The notes: generated by a model from the letters alone, not told the origin. Numbered from the stretch's first letter, positions 18,065-28,804 are shown. The stretch: 64,000 nt of DNA from Pyrodictiaceae archaeon (GCA_027036135.1 JALVSY010000007.1:36880-100879); one strand, 5' to 3'. Translations and numbers: made by a program.

Positions 18065-18670
18065 TCACCTCTTTACGAGCCTAACGAAGTTGCCTAGGAC
18101 GCGGGAGCCGTGCCTACCGCTCCTCTCGGGGTGAAACTGTGTACCATAGAGGGGTGGCTCCTCGACCACGGCTGCGAAGTCCTCGCCATAACTAGCTATG
18201 GCGCGGACCCATGGTGCCTCGGTGTTCTTGTAGGCGTAGCTGTGCACGAAGTACATATAGGTGTTATCAGGTACTCCTTCCAGTAGCTCGCTCTCCCCGG
18301 TTATCCTTATCCGTGTCCAGCCTATATGGGGCAGCTTGGGCGCCTCGAGTCTCTCTACTCTGCCCCTTAGTAGTCCTAGGCCTTTGCCGCCTTCCTCGCT
18401 CTCCTCGAAGAAGAGCTGCATCCCGAGACAAATCCCGAGGACGGGCACCCCGTTCTCGAGCAACTTGGCTAGCTCTTCTCGCTCCCCGAGTATTCTCCGC
18501 GAGGCGGCGGGGTAGGCGCCCACGCCGGGGAAGACGAGTGCATCGATATTACTCCTCGCCGCCTCTCCTAGGCTGCTAACCACTACTGGGCTAGCTCCCT
18601 GCCTCTCCAGCCCTGCTCTCACACTATAGATGTTGCCGACACCATACTTGACAATAGCTATCCTCGTCAC
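18065..18670 (-). CDS. hisH: imidazole glycerol phosphate synthase glutaminase subunit
   Basis: PGVG, GICLGMQ, PHIGW, YFVHSY, QFHPERS. Confidence 0.95.
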   Translation of the reverse strand: MTRIAIVKYGVGNIYSVRAGLERQGASPVVVSSLGEAARSNIDALVFPGVGAYPAASRRILGEREELAKLLENGVPVLGICLGMQLFFEESEEGGKGLGLLRGRVERLEAPKLPHIGWTRIRITGESELLEGVPDNTYMYFVHSYAYKNTEAPWVRAIASYGEDFAAVVEEPPLYGTQFHPERSGRHGSRVLGNFVRLVKR

Positions 18671-18963
18671 TTCCTCCCCCTCCTACGCCTCTCCAGCTCC
18701 TCTGCCACGTCGCGAGTACTAACACCGCTCATTGCTAGGAGAACTACGAGGTGATAGAGAAGGTCAGCGGCCTCCCTTACAACGCCCTCCCTATTACCCT
18801 GGAGAGCCTCGACCATTGTCTCCACGGCTTCCTCGCCTAGCTTGCGCGCAGCATAGCCTATGCCTCGCCTCGCTATCTCAGCGGTGTAGCTCTTCTCGGG
18901 CATCTCCCTGAGCCTCTCCAAGACCAGCTCGTATAGCTCGTCTAGGAACCCGAGACCCGTCAA
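18667..18963 (-). CDS. hisE: phosphoribosyl-ATP pyrophosphohydrolase
   Basis: SYTA...KLGEEAVE...EAADLLYHL. Confidence 0.95.
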   Translation of the reverse strand: MTGLGFLDELYELVLERLREMPEKSYTAEIARRGIGYAARKLGEEAVETMVEALQGNREGVVREAADLLYHLVVLLAMSGVSTRDVAEELERRRRGRK

Positions 18964-18975
18964 GCCCCTCTCCCC

Positions 18976-20211
18976 CTAGCTCTTCCTAGCCTCTAGGCTC
19001 ATAGCGTGGTACCGGAAGCCCTCTAGCCTAGCAAGAACGATTGCCGCCTCCAACGCCTCGGGGTCCGTGTCGCTGACCACTGGTACTGGTTTGAGGAAGT
19101 CGTAGACGCTTAGCCCTCCACGCCACCTAGCCGCCCTGCCTGTCGGCAGTACGTGGCTTGGGCCAGCACTATAGTCCATATAGGCCACGGGCTCTCCGAG
19201 GGACACTGCGCCAGCATTAACTATCCTCCCTAGTATCTCGCGGGGCTCATCAGCGACTATCTCTAGGTGCTCGGGCGCGTACTCGTTAACAATAGCTATC
19301 GCTTGCTCCATGTTCTCCGCCACCACTATGGCCACGACGCCCATGTTCTCGTCGCGTACGGGCTCGGAGACGAGGCCCCTGACCTGGGACGCTAGCCTCG
19401 TTGAATCGGTAACGAGGAGAGCGGTCGAGAACGCGCCGTGCTCGGCCTGGGCTAGGAGGTCCAGGGCAACCAGCCTCGGGTCGGCGGAGTCATCGGCTAG
19501 TACTGCTATCTCGCTAGGCCCAGCAACCATGTCTATGCCGGTGTCCCTCGCTACTAGGAGCTTAGCAGCCTCCACGTAGGGGCTCCCTGGGCCAACTATC
19601 TTGTCTACGCGGGGCACGGGGGTAGCGCCATAAGCCATTGCCGCGACTGCCTGCGCGCCACCAATAGCTACTAGTGTATCGATGCCCGCGACGGCGGCAG
19701 CTGCCTCGATTAATGGGTGAGCCATGAAGCCTTCTCCCCGATACGGTGGAGAAGCAGCAACGATTAGCTCGGAGCCAACTACGCGCGCAGGGATAGCGGT
19801 CATGAGCAGCGTCGAGGGATAAGGCTTGGCACCCGCCGGGACATAGACGCCTACACGCCTCACCGGTCTCCACACAACACCTAGGCCATTGACCCATGTA
19901 TTGCGGGGCATTATCGCTTCGTGGAACCTCCTTATCCTCTCAGCGCTCGTCTCGAGAGCCCACCTAGCCTCGTCCCCTACCTCGCGGAGGGCCTCCTCGA
20001 GCTCTTCTCGTGGAACCCTTGGGTCGTCGAAGCCCTTGCCATCGAAGCGCTCAGAGAACCTCTTAGCAGCGGGGTAGCCCTCCTCACGTATACTCTTGAC
20101 AACGGGCTCAACGCGCTTAATGAACTCCTCTATGTCGTAGGGCCTCTTAAGCCCCTCCACTACCTCCTCGACACCGCGTCCACGGGCATCAATCTCCACG
20201 AGCTTACCCAT
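18976..20211 (-). CDS. hisD: histidinol dehydrogenase
   Basis: [44 protein letters not shown]. Confidence 0.95.
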   Translation of the reverse strand: MGKLVEIDARGRGVEEVVEGLKRPYDIEEFIKRVEPVVKSIREEGYPAAKRFSERFDGKGFDDPRVPREELEEALREVGDEARWALETSAERIRRFHEAIMPRNTWVNGLGVVWRPVRRVGVYVPAGAKPYPSTLLMTAIPARVVGSELIVAASPPYRGEGFMAHPLIEAAAAVAGIDTLVAIGGAQAVAAMAYGATPVPRVDKIVGPGSPYVEAAKLLVARDTGIDMVAGPSEIAVLADDSADPRLVALDLLAQAEHGAFSTALLVTDSTRLASQVRGLVSEPVRDENMGVVAIVVAENMEQAIAIVNEYAPEHLEIVADEPREILGRIVNAGAVSLGEPVAYMDYSAGPSHVLPTGRAARWRGGLSVYDFLKPVPVVSDTDPEALEAAIVLARLEGFRYHAMSLEARKS

Positions 20212-20971
20212 CGGGTGGCCTCACCTCTACCCCGTGGCTTAGGAGGAAGCGCTTAAGCTCCGGGATCGGGATCAATGCCTCGTGGAAAACACCTGCTGCG
20301 AGGGCAGCGTCGGCGCCAGCGTCTCGCAGCACCTCTAGGAAGTGCCTCATCTCCCCCGCGCCGCCACTCGCTATGACGGGGACGCGGACAGCCTCAACCA
20401 CGGCCCTGGTCAGCTCTAGGTCGTAGCCGCTCCTTGTCCCGTCGCGGTCGATGCTAGTCAAGAGTATCTCGCCGGCACCGAGCCCTGCTACTCTCCTGGC
20501 CCACTCTACGGCGTCTAGCCCGGTTGGTATCCTCCCGCCAGCGACGTAGACCTCCCACCCACCGCTAGCGCGCCGCGCAGCATCAATAGCCACTACTACT
20601 GCCTGGGAGCCGTACTCCTGGGCAGCGAGCCTCACCAGCTCCGGGTTCCTCACCGCGCCAGTGTTTATCGAGACTTTGTCAGCCCCGCTGTCGAGCAACC
20701 TACCGAACTCCCTTAGGGTCTTGACCCCGCCGCCAACGGTGAAGGGCACGGTAATAGTGCTCGCCACGTCCCTTACTAGGCGGTAGAGGGGCTCACGGTT
20801 CTCAACAGTAGCGGTTATGTCGAGGAACACTAGCTCGTCCACACCCCACTCCTCGTATCGCGCCGCGAGCTCAACAGGGTCGCCCTGGTCCCTGAGGTCC
20901 CGGAACCTGGTACCCTTGACAACCCTTCCACCCGCGACGTCTAGGCAGGCAATTATCCTCTTAGCTGGCAT
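20204..20971 (-). CDS. hisF: imidazole glycerol phosphate synthase cyclase subunit
   Basis: [42 protein letters not shown]. Confidence 0.95.
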   Translation of the reverse strand: MPAKRIIACLDVAGGRVVKGTRFRDLRDQGDPVELAARYEEWGVDELVFLDITATVENREPLYRLVRDVASTITVPFTVGGGVKTLREFGRLLDSGADKVSINTGAVRNPELVRLAAQEYGSQAVVVAIDAARRASGGWEVYVAGGRIPTGLDAVEWARRVAGLGAGEILLTSIDRDGTRSGYDLELTRAVVEAVRVPVIASGGAGEMRHFLEVLRDAGADAALAAGVFHEALIPIPELKRFLLSHGVEVRPPDG

Positions 20972-21545
20972 CGAGCCTCACCTCGCCCTTAGTACTAATC
21001 GTCTCCCCCGCCTCGGCTAGGGCTTCTCGTAGAGCAAAGCCGAGGGCCTTGAACGCGGCCTCTGCTAAGTGGTGATTATTCCCGCCCACCAGTTCCCTCA
21101 CGTGTATGGTTGCCCGGAGCGAGGAGGCAAGCGAGGCCACGAAGTGCGCAACGTTCTCGAGGGCTAGCCCGCCTATCTCCTCGCGGGTAAACCCTAGCTC
21201 CACGTAGCCGCCGGGGCGCCCAGAGACATCGACGGCTGCGAGCACGAGAACCTCGTCCATAGGCACAATGGCGTACCCAAACCTCTTGATCGCTCCACCG
21301 CTTATTGCTCTCCTAAGCGCCTCGCCAAGAGCAAGCGCAGTGTCCTCGACCACGTGGTGGTCGTCAAAGCCCCGCTTATCCACCGACTCGACGACGCCGC
21401 GGGCACCCATGTAGCGCAGCAGGGTCTCGACTAGGTGGTCGAAGAACCCTATACCCGTGGATACCCTGGCCTCGCCCGGCTCAAGCACTATATCGACAAG
21501 TACCCGTGTCTCCCGGGTTTCTCTCAGGACGCGCGCGCTACGCAT
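20961..21545 (-). CDS. hisB: imidazoleglycerol-phosphate dehydratase
   Basis: [38 protein letters not shown]. Confidence 0.95.
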   Translation of the reverse strand: MRSARVLRETRETRVLVDIVLEPGEARVSTGIGFFDHLVETLLRYMGARGVVESVDKRGFDDHHVVEDTALALGEALRRAISGGAIKRFGYAIVPMDEVLVLAAVDVSGRPGGYVELGFTREEIGGLALENVAHFVASLASSLRATIHVRELVGGNNHHLAEAAFKALGFALREALAEAGETISTKGEVRLDAS

Positions 21546-22251
21546 ACCTAGCAGCCTCCTCCCACCTAATCCTACCAGTATAGAGAGCCATGCCGACCAC
21601 TACCGCGTCGAACCCAAGCGAGGCAAGAGCCTCGACATCCCTTAGCGAGGAGACGCCGCCGGAGAACACGATGAAGCCCGGGTAGATCTCGCGGAGCCTC
21701 CTAGCCCGGCCCAGGTCTGGGCCCCTGAGGCTCCCCTCAACCCATACCTGGGTATAGAATAGCCCAGTAGCGCCGCTAGCCGCCACGGTCTTGACGGCCT
21801 CCTCTAGGCTGAGTGAGGTCTTCTCCCTCCAGCCACGGGTAACTAGGAAGCCGTCCCGATCCTCCTCGACAGCCGCTAACACCTCGCAGCCTGTCCGCTT
21901 CCTCGCCTCGCCCAGTATCCCGGGGTCGCGGAGCCAAGCAGAGCCAATAACTAGTCTCGAGGCCCCAGCGCTGCAAAGAGCCTCGGCTACCTCGAGGGAG
22001 CGAACACCGCCCCCATACTCTACCCTGAGGCCGAGACCAGCAATCCCCCGGAGTATCCCCAGCGTCTCCTTGCCCAGCTTCCCTTTCTCGGCAGCGTCCA
22101 GGTCGACTACGTGGACCCACGTGAACCCGTAGCTTGCTATTCTCCTAGCTAGCTCCACTGGGTCTCCTAGGCGTAGCCCCGTGCCACGCCGACCAGCGAC
22201 GCGCTTAACAGCCACGCCGTCCTCGATGTCTATAGATGGTATGAGCTTCAC
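21538..22251 (-). CDS. hisA: ProFAR isomerase
   Basis: IPSIDI, HVVDLD, GGGVRS, SGGV, VGMALY; position in operon. Confidence 0.92.
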   Translation of the reverse strand: MKLIPSIDIEDGVAVKRVAGRRGTGLRLGDPVELARRIASYGFTWVHVVDLDAAEKGKLGKETLGILRGIAGLGLRVEYGGGVRSLEVAEALCSAGASRLVIGSAWLRDPGILGEARKRTGCEVLAAVEEDRDGFLVTRGWREKTSLSLEEAVKTVAASGATGLFYTQVWVEGSLRGPDLGRARRLREIYPGFIVFSGGVSSLRDVEALASLGFDAVVVGMALYTGRIRWEEAARYA

Positions 22252-23114
22252 GGTATCACCCTCTCAACGCTGAGCACGAGGATGTCCCTAGCCCCGCGCC
22301 GCTTAGCCTCAACAACTACACGGGACAGCTTATCGACCGGGACAACAGTCATTACCTCCCACATGGGCTCCGGGGCCTCTATACGTGCAATCGTCGGGCC
22401 ACTCATAGAGGGCAACACCTTGACAACGTCTTGGAGATACTTATCGGGCACGTTCATTAGGATTAGTTTTAGCTTACGTGCGCGCACAACGCCCTTAATG
22501 GCCTCAACTATCTCCTCCACCGCACCGGTATCATCCCTTAGCAGCGGTGTCTTGATGAGCCTCGCACTGGTCTCGAGAACGGTCTCGATCGGTACTAGGC
22601 CGTGAAGCCTCATAGTAGTACCAGTAGACACTATATCAACAACGGCGTCGCAAGCCCCTAGGCTAGGCATGACCTCGGACGCGCCACTAATCCTCAGAAT
22701 CCTCGCCCTTATCCCCCTCTCCTCGAAGAACCTCCTAGCAATATTGACGTACTTGGTCGCTACCCGTACACCATCCGGCAGTTCATCAACGCTCCTAATC
22801 CCGCTGCTACGCGGCACAGCCACCACTAGCCGGGCCCTACCAAACCCCAGGTCAGCAACCTCGGTGACCTCCGCACCGGACTCGACAACGTAGTCGAGGC
22901 CAGTTATGCCGAGCTCAGCAGCACCCGAGGCAACAATGCCGGGGATATCCTCGGCGCGGACAAACACTATCTTAACATCATCGCGCGTCGTCGGGACAAC
23001 AAGAGCCCTATCAGAGTCGCCGTATAGGGGCTCAATACCAGCAGCCTCCAAGAGCCTCAGCGCGGGGCCGCGTAGCCTACCCTTACTAGGAACAGCTATA
23101 CGTAGCTGAGCCAA
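22248..23114 (-). CDS. hisG: ATP phosphoribosyltransferase, long form
   Basis: IAVPSKGRL, RAEDIP, LGITGLD, ATKY, DIVSTGTT, C-terminal regulatory domain. Confidence 0.95.
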   Translation of the reverse strand: MAQLRIAVPSKGRLRGPALRLLEAAGIEPLYGDSDRALVVPTTRDDVKIVFVRAEDIPGIVASGAAELGITGLDYVVESGAEVTEVADLGFGRARLVVAVPRSSGIRSVDELPDGVRVATKYVNIARRFFEERGIRARILRISGASEVMPSLGACDAVVDIVSTGTTMRLHGLVPIETVLETSARLIKTPLLRDDTGAVEEIVEAIKGVVRARKLKLILMNVPDKYLQDVVKVLPSMSGPTIARIEAPEPMWEVMTVVPVDKLSRVVVEAKRRGARDILVLSVERVIP

Positions 23115-23492
23115 TGAGAACTAGCACCCCTGCTGCAATGATACCAGGGCTTCCCCATACCCAGTAGAACCCGTGACAACTAGCAACGGGTACGGGCTAG
23201 GAGCTAGGAGGAGAAAGAGACTCCTCTTACCGCTACTAGGCCTTATGAACACACATCGCCACTACACCCACACCACGAGACGCTAGGCAACTCAAAAGCC
23301 CTGGGCAGGGGTTAAAACAACTAAGCACATAACAAGTACGCTTACAGTCAAGAACCGTGTGCTATAGCTATTTGAAATAATAGGAGATATAGGTATCGCC
23401 GGGGAGTCTTAGGGTATATAGGAGCATATTTTTCACAAGTATACGATACCGTATGTTAGCGATGAGAGTAATGTTTATTAGAACTAACTATA

Positions 23493-23508
23493 ATATATAT
23501 ATATATAT
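23493..23508. repeat. (AT)8 microsatellite in an AT-rich promoter region
   Basis: ATATATATATATATAT read directly. Confidence 0.85.
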
Positions 23509-23543
23509 TAATGAAGAAGAAGCTATTAGGGTGAGAAGTGCAC

Positions 23544-23594
23544 ATGATAATAATAATTGATTGCAGAGTAATAATTTGTCCAGAGCCACTGTAA
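23544..23594 (+). CDS. candidate 16-aa peptide MIIIIDCRVIICPEPL
   Basis: GGGTGA RBS at 23529-23534, ATG 23544, TAA 23592, upstream AT run, downstream T tract. Confidence 0.45.
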   Translation: MIIIIDCRVIICPEPL

Positions 23595-23607
23595 CCAACC
23601 TAAACTA

Positions 23608-23621
23608 TTTTTTTCTCTTTT
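23608..23621 (+). terminator. oligo-T terminator after the peptide ORF
   Basis: TTTTTTTCTCTTTT. Confidence 0.5.
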
Positions 23622-23663
23622 AGATAATTATTAAATAATTATAGTAAATCAAGGCGATTAAAG

Positions 23664-24422
23664 TTGATAGGTCAAGGTAATACTAGTAATAAAAAAATTA
23701 GCGTTGATAAAATTGACGTTTACTGTGCTATAGGCGATGTTAACGAGTGTGCACAATGGGGAAGAACTTTATCTAGCGCCGTTCACGTCTTAAGTGACAT
23801 GATTAATAAGGATTTAAAGATCTTAGTTGTCGTTACGAGTGGAATGCAAGTTTTAATGCTTAGTGCGTTTGAGGTGTTGAGGAAGTATGATGGTATAGCT
23901 GCTATAGATGTTACGCAGCCACTATCTAGAAACCTATATAACGCGCTCCATAGTGTCGCTGAGCTAGCCATACGCAAGGACTTAGGAAACACGGTTAGCA
24001 GGTGGGCCCTTGAGGGCATGGCTAGTGCGCTAGCATTAGAAGCTCTCAGGGCTTCGGATGAGAACGTGTTTAGAGAAGTTCTTGGCAAGATCACATCCGA
24101 GAACTGCATCGACTTGGACAAGTTATTCTCGTGGAAGTTCCCCGTTGAAGTTGGGGAAGGCTTTACAATAATTGGCGGTGCCGGCGAGAACGCCACAAAT
24201 GTTGTAAAACAACTAGTTTCGACCCTGGCCAGGAGCCTAGAAGGCGACCTAATAGGCCATATTAGTGGTAGCGATAAAGCGCTTTACTCAACCGCGGCCC
24301 GTATATTCTATAAACTCATCGAGAAATATGGTATTAGTGAGATTTACAAGCTCTTGATCGATGAAAGTACTCTTAGAAAGAGGATCGAAGATGTCTACAA
24401 AGAAGCCTGTGGTACAGATTAG
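23664..24422 (+). CDS. degenerate gluzincin/peptidase-MA-like protein
   Basis: LHSVAEL in place of HExxH, then RWALEGMAS, and C-terminal LYSTAARIFYKLIEKYG. Confidence 0.55.
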   Translation: MIGQGNTSNKKISVDKIDVYCAIGDVNECAQWGRTLSSAVHVLSDMINKDLKILVVVTSGMQVLMLSAFEVLRKYDGIAAIDVTQPLSRNLYNALHSVAELAIRKDLGNTVSRWALEGMASALALEALRASDENVFREVLGKITSENCIDLDKLFSWKFPVEVGEGFTIIGGAGENATNVVKQLVSTLARSLEGDLIGHISGSDKALYSTAARIFYKLIEKYGISEIYKLLIDESTLRKRIEDVYKEACGTD

Positions 24423-25410
24423 GGGGGTCTATTACCGAGTTCTAAGGAACATTACTGTTGATTTTCCGAGCGGCCTCACTATTGTATCAGGTGCTAATGG
24501 TAGTGGCAAGACTAGCTTAATGAGGCTTGTAGCGGGGCTAGATACACCTGAAAGGGGTATTGTTAAAGTTTTTTCTCTTGAGCCCAGGAGGGCTCTCCAC
24601 ACCGGACTTATCGCGGTCTCGCTCCACCCACCATACTTTGACCCGACTCTGACAGTACGGGAGTTCCTACAGCTTCATGGTAGCCTATGTAAGGGTATAC
24701 CTCTTAAAGATGTAACTCGCAGGCTCAACTTATACAGCTTCTTTGATAAGAGGATTTACGAGCTATCCAGTGGGCAAAGAAAACGAGCTGATTTGGCCCG
24801 TGTGTTTAACTGCTTGCCGAAGAACGGGGTTCTCTTACTTGACGAGCCCAGCGAGTCCCTTGATACCGCGTCTCGAAGCACCCTCATAGACCTAATATCT
24901 GAGTCCCTGGATATAGTGGATGCCGTTATTGTTTCGACCCACGATGAGCTCTTTGCTAGGGATCTGGGAAAGCTGGGTATCAGTAGCTATATTATGCTCG
25001 ATAAAGGAAAAGCTCATAATGTCTCACTGAGCGCTGCGAATCCCCCCGCACCCACAGAGTCTAGAGCGGGTAGTCGCGGTATTGCCTTTGCTGTTAAAGC
25101 CGTAGTTCGCGGCAATATCCCTATCACGGAGTTGAGATCCATACCCGGTGTTCTTAGCGTTGATTTCCAGCCAGATATCGACTGGGTGCTGCAACGTCTA
25201 GGACTTGATAGATCCTCCTTGGGTAATGTAATAATGGCCTCTACTGGCAGACTTGAGAAAAGTGCTAGCGGGTACTCCACTATAAGGCTTGATAGCATTA
25301 TGGTCAAGTTTGACATAGTTGTAGAAGATTATAATGCTCTTGCCCGGGCTCTTAGTAAGTTACTTGAATATGGAAGTATTGAGTATCTCGGTATGGGTGG
25401 TCATAGGTGA
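24391..25410 (+). CDS. ABC transporter ATP-binding protein with C-terminal extension
   Basis: GANGSGKT, LSSGQRKR, LLLDEP, STHD. Confidence 0.9.
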   Translation: MSTKKPVVQIRGVYYRVLRNITVDFPSGLTIVSGANGSGKTSLMRLVAGLDTPERGIVKVFSLEPRRALHTGLIAVSLHPPYFDPTLTVREFLQLHGSLCKGIPLKDVTRRLNLYSFFDKRIYELSSGQRKRADLARVFNCLPKNGVLLLDEPSESLDTASRSTLIDLISESLDIVDAVIVSTHDELFARDLGKLGISSYIMLDKGKAHNVSLSAANPPAPTESRAGSRGIAFAVKAVVRGNIPITELRSIPGVLSVDFQPDIDWVLQRLGLDRSSLGNVIMASTGRLEKSASGYSTIRLDSIMVKFDIVVEDYNALARALSKLLEYGSIEYLGMGGHR

Positions 25411-26144
25411 ATGCATTCAATACCCTTAAGGTGCTTATTTCATTCCAGCTGAGTAAGTCGAGGCATAGTGCACCCACAGTCATAGTGTCTCCCTTAGCCA
25501 TTGCCTTCACAGCGATAGCGATACTCCCATACGCTTTATCTAAAAGTTATGGAGCCAGCGTAGCAAAGTCCATTCTTGCAGGCTATATACCCTTGCTTGC
25601 TATACTTGCTGCTCTTCCAGCAGCTATAATAGCGGTTATTGAAGTTTCAGCGGGGCGCTATAATCACTTATTATTATCCGGGGTATCGCCTCACCTTATC
25701 TCGGTATCAATATTCCTTATAAACGCCGCTTTATCCCTTATAATAGTTGTACTAGGCTTAGTAATTTCTAAGGTTTTATATAACTTCCCTTCGCATGAAA
25801 ATATAAGCCTAGTTATATTCCTAGCCTTCCTCGGCACCATAGGAATATCGGGACTTGCAGTTGCCGTGTCTTATCCGTTCCGTAACCCGCAAATCTCGGG
25901 GCTAATTGTTTCCCTACTTGTCATACTTTTTGAGTATTTATCGCCAGTATATTATCCTATCACGGCGCTTCCCCGGATTTGGGCCGAAGTAGTACTGGCC
26001 ATTAATCCCTTGGCGTCTGTTATGGGGTTTCTTCGTGGAACCTTCTCACTGAAATTTACCATGCTAGTTACAATACCATCTTCTATCTTATGGACTGTTA
26101 TTGGAATTATACTCTTATCGAGGAAGATAATGAAAACAATATAA
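25407..26144 (+). CDS. ABC-2-type exporter permease
   Basis: About six TM helices; LSPVYYPITALP...INPL motif. Confidence 0.85.
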   Translation: MNAFNTLKVLISFQLSKSRHSAPTVIVSPLAIAFTAIAILPYALSKSYGASVAKSILAGYIPLLAILAALPAAIIAVIEVSAGRYNHLLLSGVSPHLISVSIFLINAALSLIIVVLGLVISKVLYNFPSHENISLVIFLAFLGTIGISGLAVAVSYPFRNPQISGLIVSLLVILFEYLSPVYYPITALPRIWAEVVLAINPLASVMGFLRGTFSLKFTMLVTIPSSILWTVIGIILLSRKIMKTI

Positions 26145-26262
26145 CGTTTCAAAGTAAAGATTTACTGCTTAATCAAGTGATTATTTTAATTATGTATCAT
26201 ATTTTTTAATTAATTTTTACAACTATGTATCCCATGACTAGGCTGGTATTGGAGGCTGGTCC

Positions 26263-26496
26263 TTACCTAGGCATTATTTTCGTGTACCTCTTCTCAAGCT
26301 CGTACTCCTCTCGGAGGATTTTCTCAACAAGCTTCGGATCAACATCAACTACCTCGGGTTTTAAAGCCCTCATAATAAGCTCTCCATCATTAACCTCAAC
26401 TATTACCTCGTCCCCTTCGTCAATGCCTAGGGCTTCGCGAATACGCTTAGGCAATATTATGATGCCCTTCTTATGAACCCGGAGAACAGCTTTCAT
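26263..26496 (-). CDS. AbrB/MazE-type antitoxin (no adjacent toxin)
   Basis: VHKKGIIILPKRIREALGIDEGD. Confidence 0.8.
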   Translation of the reverse strand: MKAVLRVHKKGIIILPKRIREALGIDEGDEVIVEVNDGELIMRALKPEVVDVDPKLVEKILREEYELEKRYTKIMPR

Positions 26497-26577
26497 AAAG
26501 GTCTCCCAGAATATATTGGGTTAAACCTGCTTAATAAGGGTTTGACCAGCCAAATGGTGTTAAGTAAAATACCCACT

Positions 26578-27684
26578 TTACGGTTTATGAGTATTTTCGT
26601 CTCGATGACGAGAAAAACATTTGTTTTTCGCAACTACTTGCTCCTTCGCTTGTCTTAGCGACTTTAGTAGTGCTTCTAACTCCTTTCGTGTGCCTATTGT
26701 TATTCTCATCCATGTGTCTCCCATGGGTACTCTCCTCACCATTACTCCTTTCTCGGCTAGCTTGTTGACTACCCCTGGTATGCCAGTGTCTGCTAGGAGG
26801 AAGTTTGTCCAGCTCTTGTAGGCCTGGATCCCCATGCCTAGTAGTTCTCCGCGGAGCCAGTCCCTGTTCCCCTTTATCTCCCTGACCTGTTTCTCGACGA
26901 GGTCACGGTGCTTTAGCGCTGCGATGGCTGCTGCGAGGCTTGTGCGTGGCACGGGGAATGGTGCTAGTAGTTTCCACACGGCTTCCCGGAGCTCCCTTGG
27001 AGCGGCTATGTAGCCTATTCTTAGCCCTGCTAGGCCGAATGCCTTGCTAAAGGTGCGCGCCACGACTAGGCGCCCAGTTTCCTCTACTAGGTCTATCACG
27101 GTCTCGCCGCTGAACTCGTAGTAGGCCTCATCGATAACGATGACTGCCTCGGTCTCCTCCACCAAGTCCACTACGTCGCGTCTGCCTAGGAGCAGGGCCC
27201 CGGTCGGGTTATTCGGGTTATCAATGACTACTAGCCGGGCGCCCCGAGCTCGGTCAATAAGCTCTGCCAGGTCTAGGCACCACTTGTCGCCACAGGGGCT
27301 GAGCTCAACGGTCTCGGCCCTAGCTCCGCTGAGCGCGGCGTAGACGCTGTACATCGCGAACCCCGGCGAGGGGTGGACAACGCGGTCACCAGGCTCCACG
27401 ACAGCATCGAACACCGCTCTCAGCAACGAGTCGCTACCAGGCCCGAAGACGAGGAAACCCCTACCGACGCCAGTATAGTCCTCTAGTAGCTCGTAGAGGG
27501 TGTCGTAGAGCCTCTTCTCGGGGTAGCGATTAGCCCTCCTAGCCTCCTCGGCGACGGCCTCAACGATGAAACCGGGGACGGGGCCAGGGTTCTCGTTCAG
27601 GTCGAGGCGCGCGACAAGCCCCTCAGGGTAGTCACGGGGCTCGTAGAGCGGAGCACTCCTTATCCTATCCTTGACCAATCCCAA
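26578..27684 (-). CDS. hisC: histidinol-phosphate aminotransferase
   Basis: LDLNENP, NRYP, NPNNPTG, DEAYYEF, RTFSKAFGLAGLRIG; start estimated. Confidence 0.92.
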   Translation of the reverse strand: MGLVKDRIRSAPLYEPRDYPEGLVARLDLNENPGPVPGFIVEAVAEEARRANRYPEKRLYDTLYELLEDYTGVGRGFLVFGPGSDSLLRAVFDAVVEPGDRVVHPSPGFAMYSVYAALSGARAETVELSPCGDKWCLDLAELIDRARGARLVVIDNPNNPTGALLLGRRDVVDLVEETEAVIVIDEAYYEFSGETVIDLVEETGRLVVARTFSKAFGLAGLRIGYIAAPRELREAVWKLLAPFPVPRTSLAAAIAALKHRDLVEKQVREIKGNRDWLRGELLGMGIQAYKSWTNFLLADTGIPGVVNKLAEKGVMVRRVPMGDTWMRITIGTRKELEALLKSLRQAKEQVVAKNKCFSRHRDENTHKP

Positions 27685-27815
27685 GGAGGTAGCCCCCACA
27701 CAGCGGGTATAGGCACGCTCACTAGCTAATTGGGCCACACAAAAAGAGACTATCGGAATAGACCGTGGAGGAAACAGCACCTCGTAACAAGAGCCTCGAA
27801 TAAGGAGTTGCTTCT

Positions 27816-28151
27816 TTACTGGGGCTCGAGGGGTACTAGCTTACCCATGCGCCTATATCTCTCGAGCTCCTCCTCGCCGACTATGTGTAGCTCAACCGGG
27901 GCATAGAGGGGTAGGCCCAGCTTCTCCGCTTCCTCTAGTATCCTTGCCCTGAGCCCCACTGCTTCCCTGAACCCGGGCCTATGGGGCAGCACGACGAGGA
28001 TATCTATGTCGCTTAGGACGGTGAGCCTATCCTCAGCGGCTCCTCCCACTAGGTAGACCTTAGCCTCCGGGACTACTTGCCTAGCAGCCCTCGCGGCTAT
28101 GTGGGCGTATCTCCTCCACTCACTGATTATCCTTAGCCTCGTGGCCGCCAA
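27816..28151 (-). CDS. minimal nucleotidyltransferase (MNT)
   Basis: VYLVGG...SDIDILVV, VELHIV. Confidence 0.85.
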   Translation of the reverse strand: MAATRLRIISEWRRYAHIAARAARQVVPEAKVYLVGGAAEDRLTVLSDIDILVVLPHRPGFREAVGLRARILEEAEKLGLPLYAPVELHIVGEEELERYRRMGKLVPLEPQ

Positions 28152-28600
28152 GCACCCTCTCCTCTACACGTGACACTAGCCTAATAACGTCCTCCGCGAC
28201 GCGGAGAATAATCTCTGCCTGCTCCCTCGTGTACTCTAGGACTGAGTAAACGGCACGTGTATGAGCCTCCTCTAGCTCTGCTAGGAGCCTCCTATTAGCC
28301 CGGACATAGTCCTCGATAATCTCTGCTTCTTCTCTGAAGCCCTCGTTGCGCAGACTAAGTGCCAAAGCACCCAACAAGCTGCGGGTACCGGGGCCTCTCC
28401 ACTCCTCTCCCGTGACGCGGTAGAAGGCTCTTAATCCTCAGCTGGGCAGCGTACTCAGCCAGTAACGCGGCCACGTCGTAGACTCCCTTATCTAGGAGCT
28501 CGGCGGCAAGCCCTAGCATTAGCTCAGAGCGCTTCTTCAGGAGCGCCAGTATACATCGCTCAATAACCAGAGCCCCCGAGTCACTCTTGTAAGGAGGCAC
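28120..28600 (-). pseudogene. HEPN-domain pseudogene
   Basis: YDVAALLAEYAAQLRIKS in ORF 28355-28600 and ELEEAHTRAVY in ORF 28120-28377; frameshift near 28420. Confidence 0.7.
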
Positions 28601-28804
28601 CGGGGCCTAGTAGGTTGCTGCCCGGGGAAGAGCATTCCTCCCGGGGCTATTTCTTGAGCGATATGTGGTGGGAGCGCATGATTGGGTAGAGGGATAGGTG
28701 TTAAAACACCCACATACCTCTATACCTAGGTGGTGTCATCTCCTCGGGTGCTTCCTCGGGAAGGACTCCCCTTGTTTACGCGTTGAGCGGGGCGATTCGG
28801 AGAG

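Noticed and set aside
23115-23310. His-rich attenuator leader upstream of hisG
   Set aside because: The short minus-strand ORFs contain at most one His codon, and no clear terminator/antiterminator pair was seen
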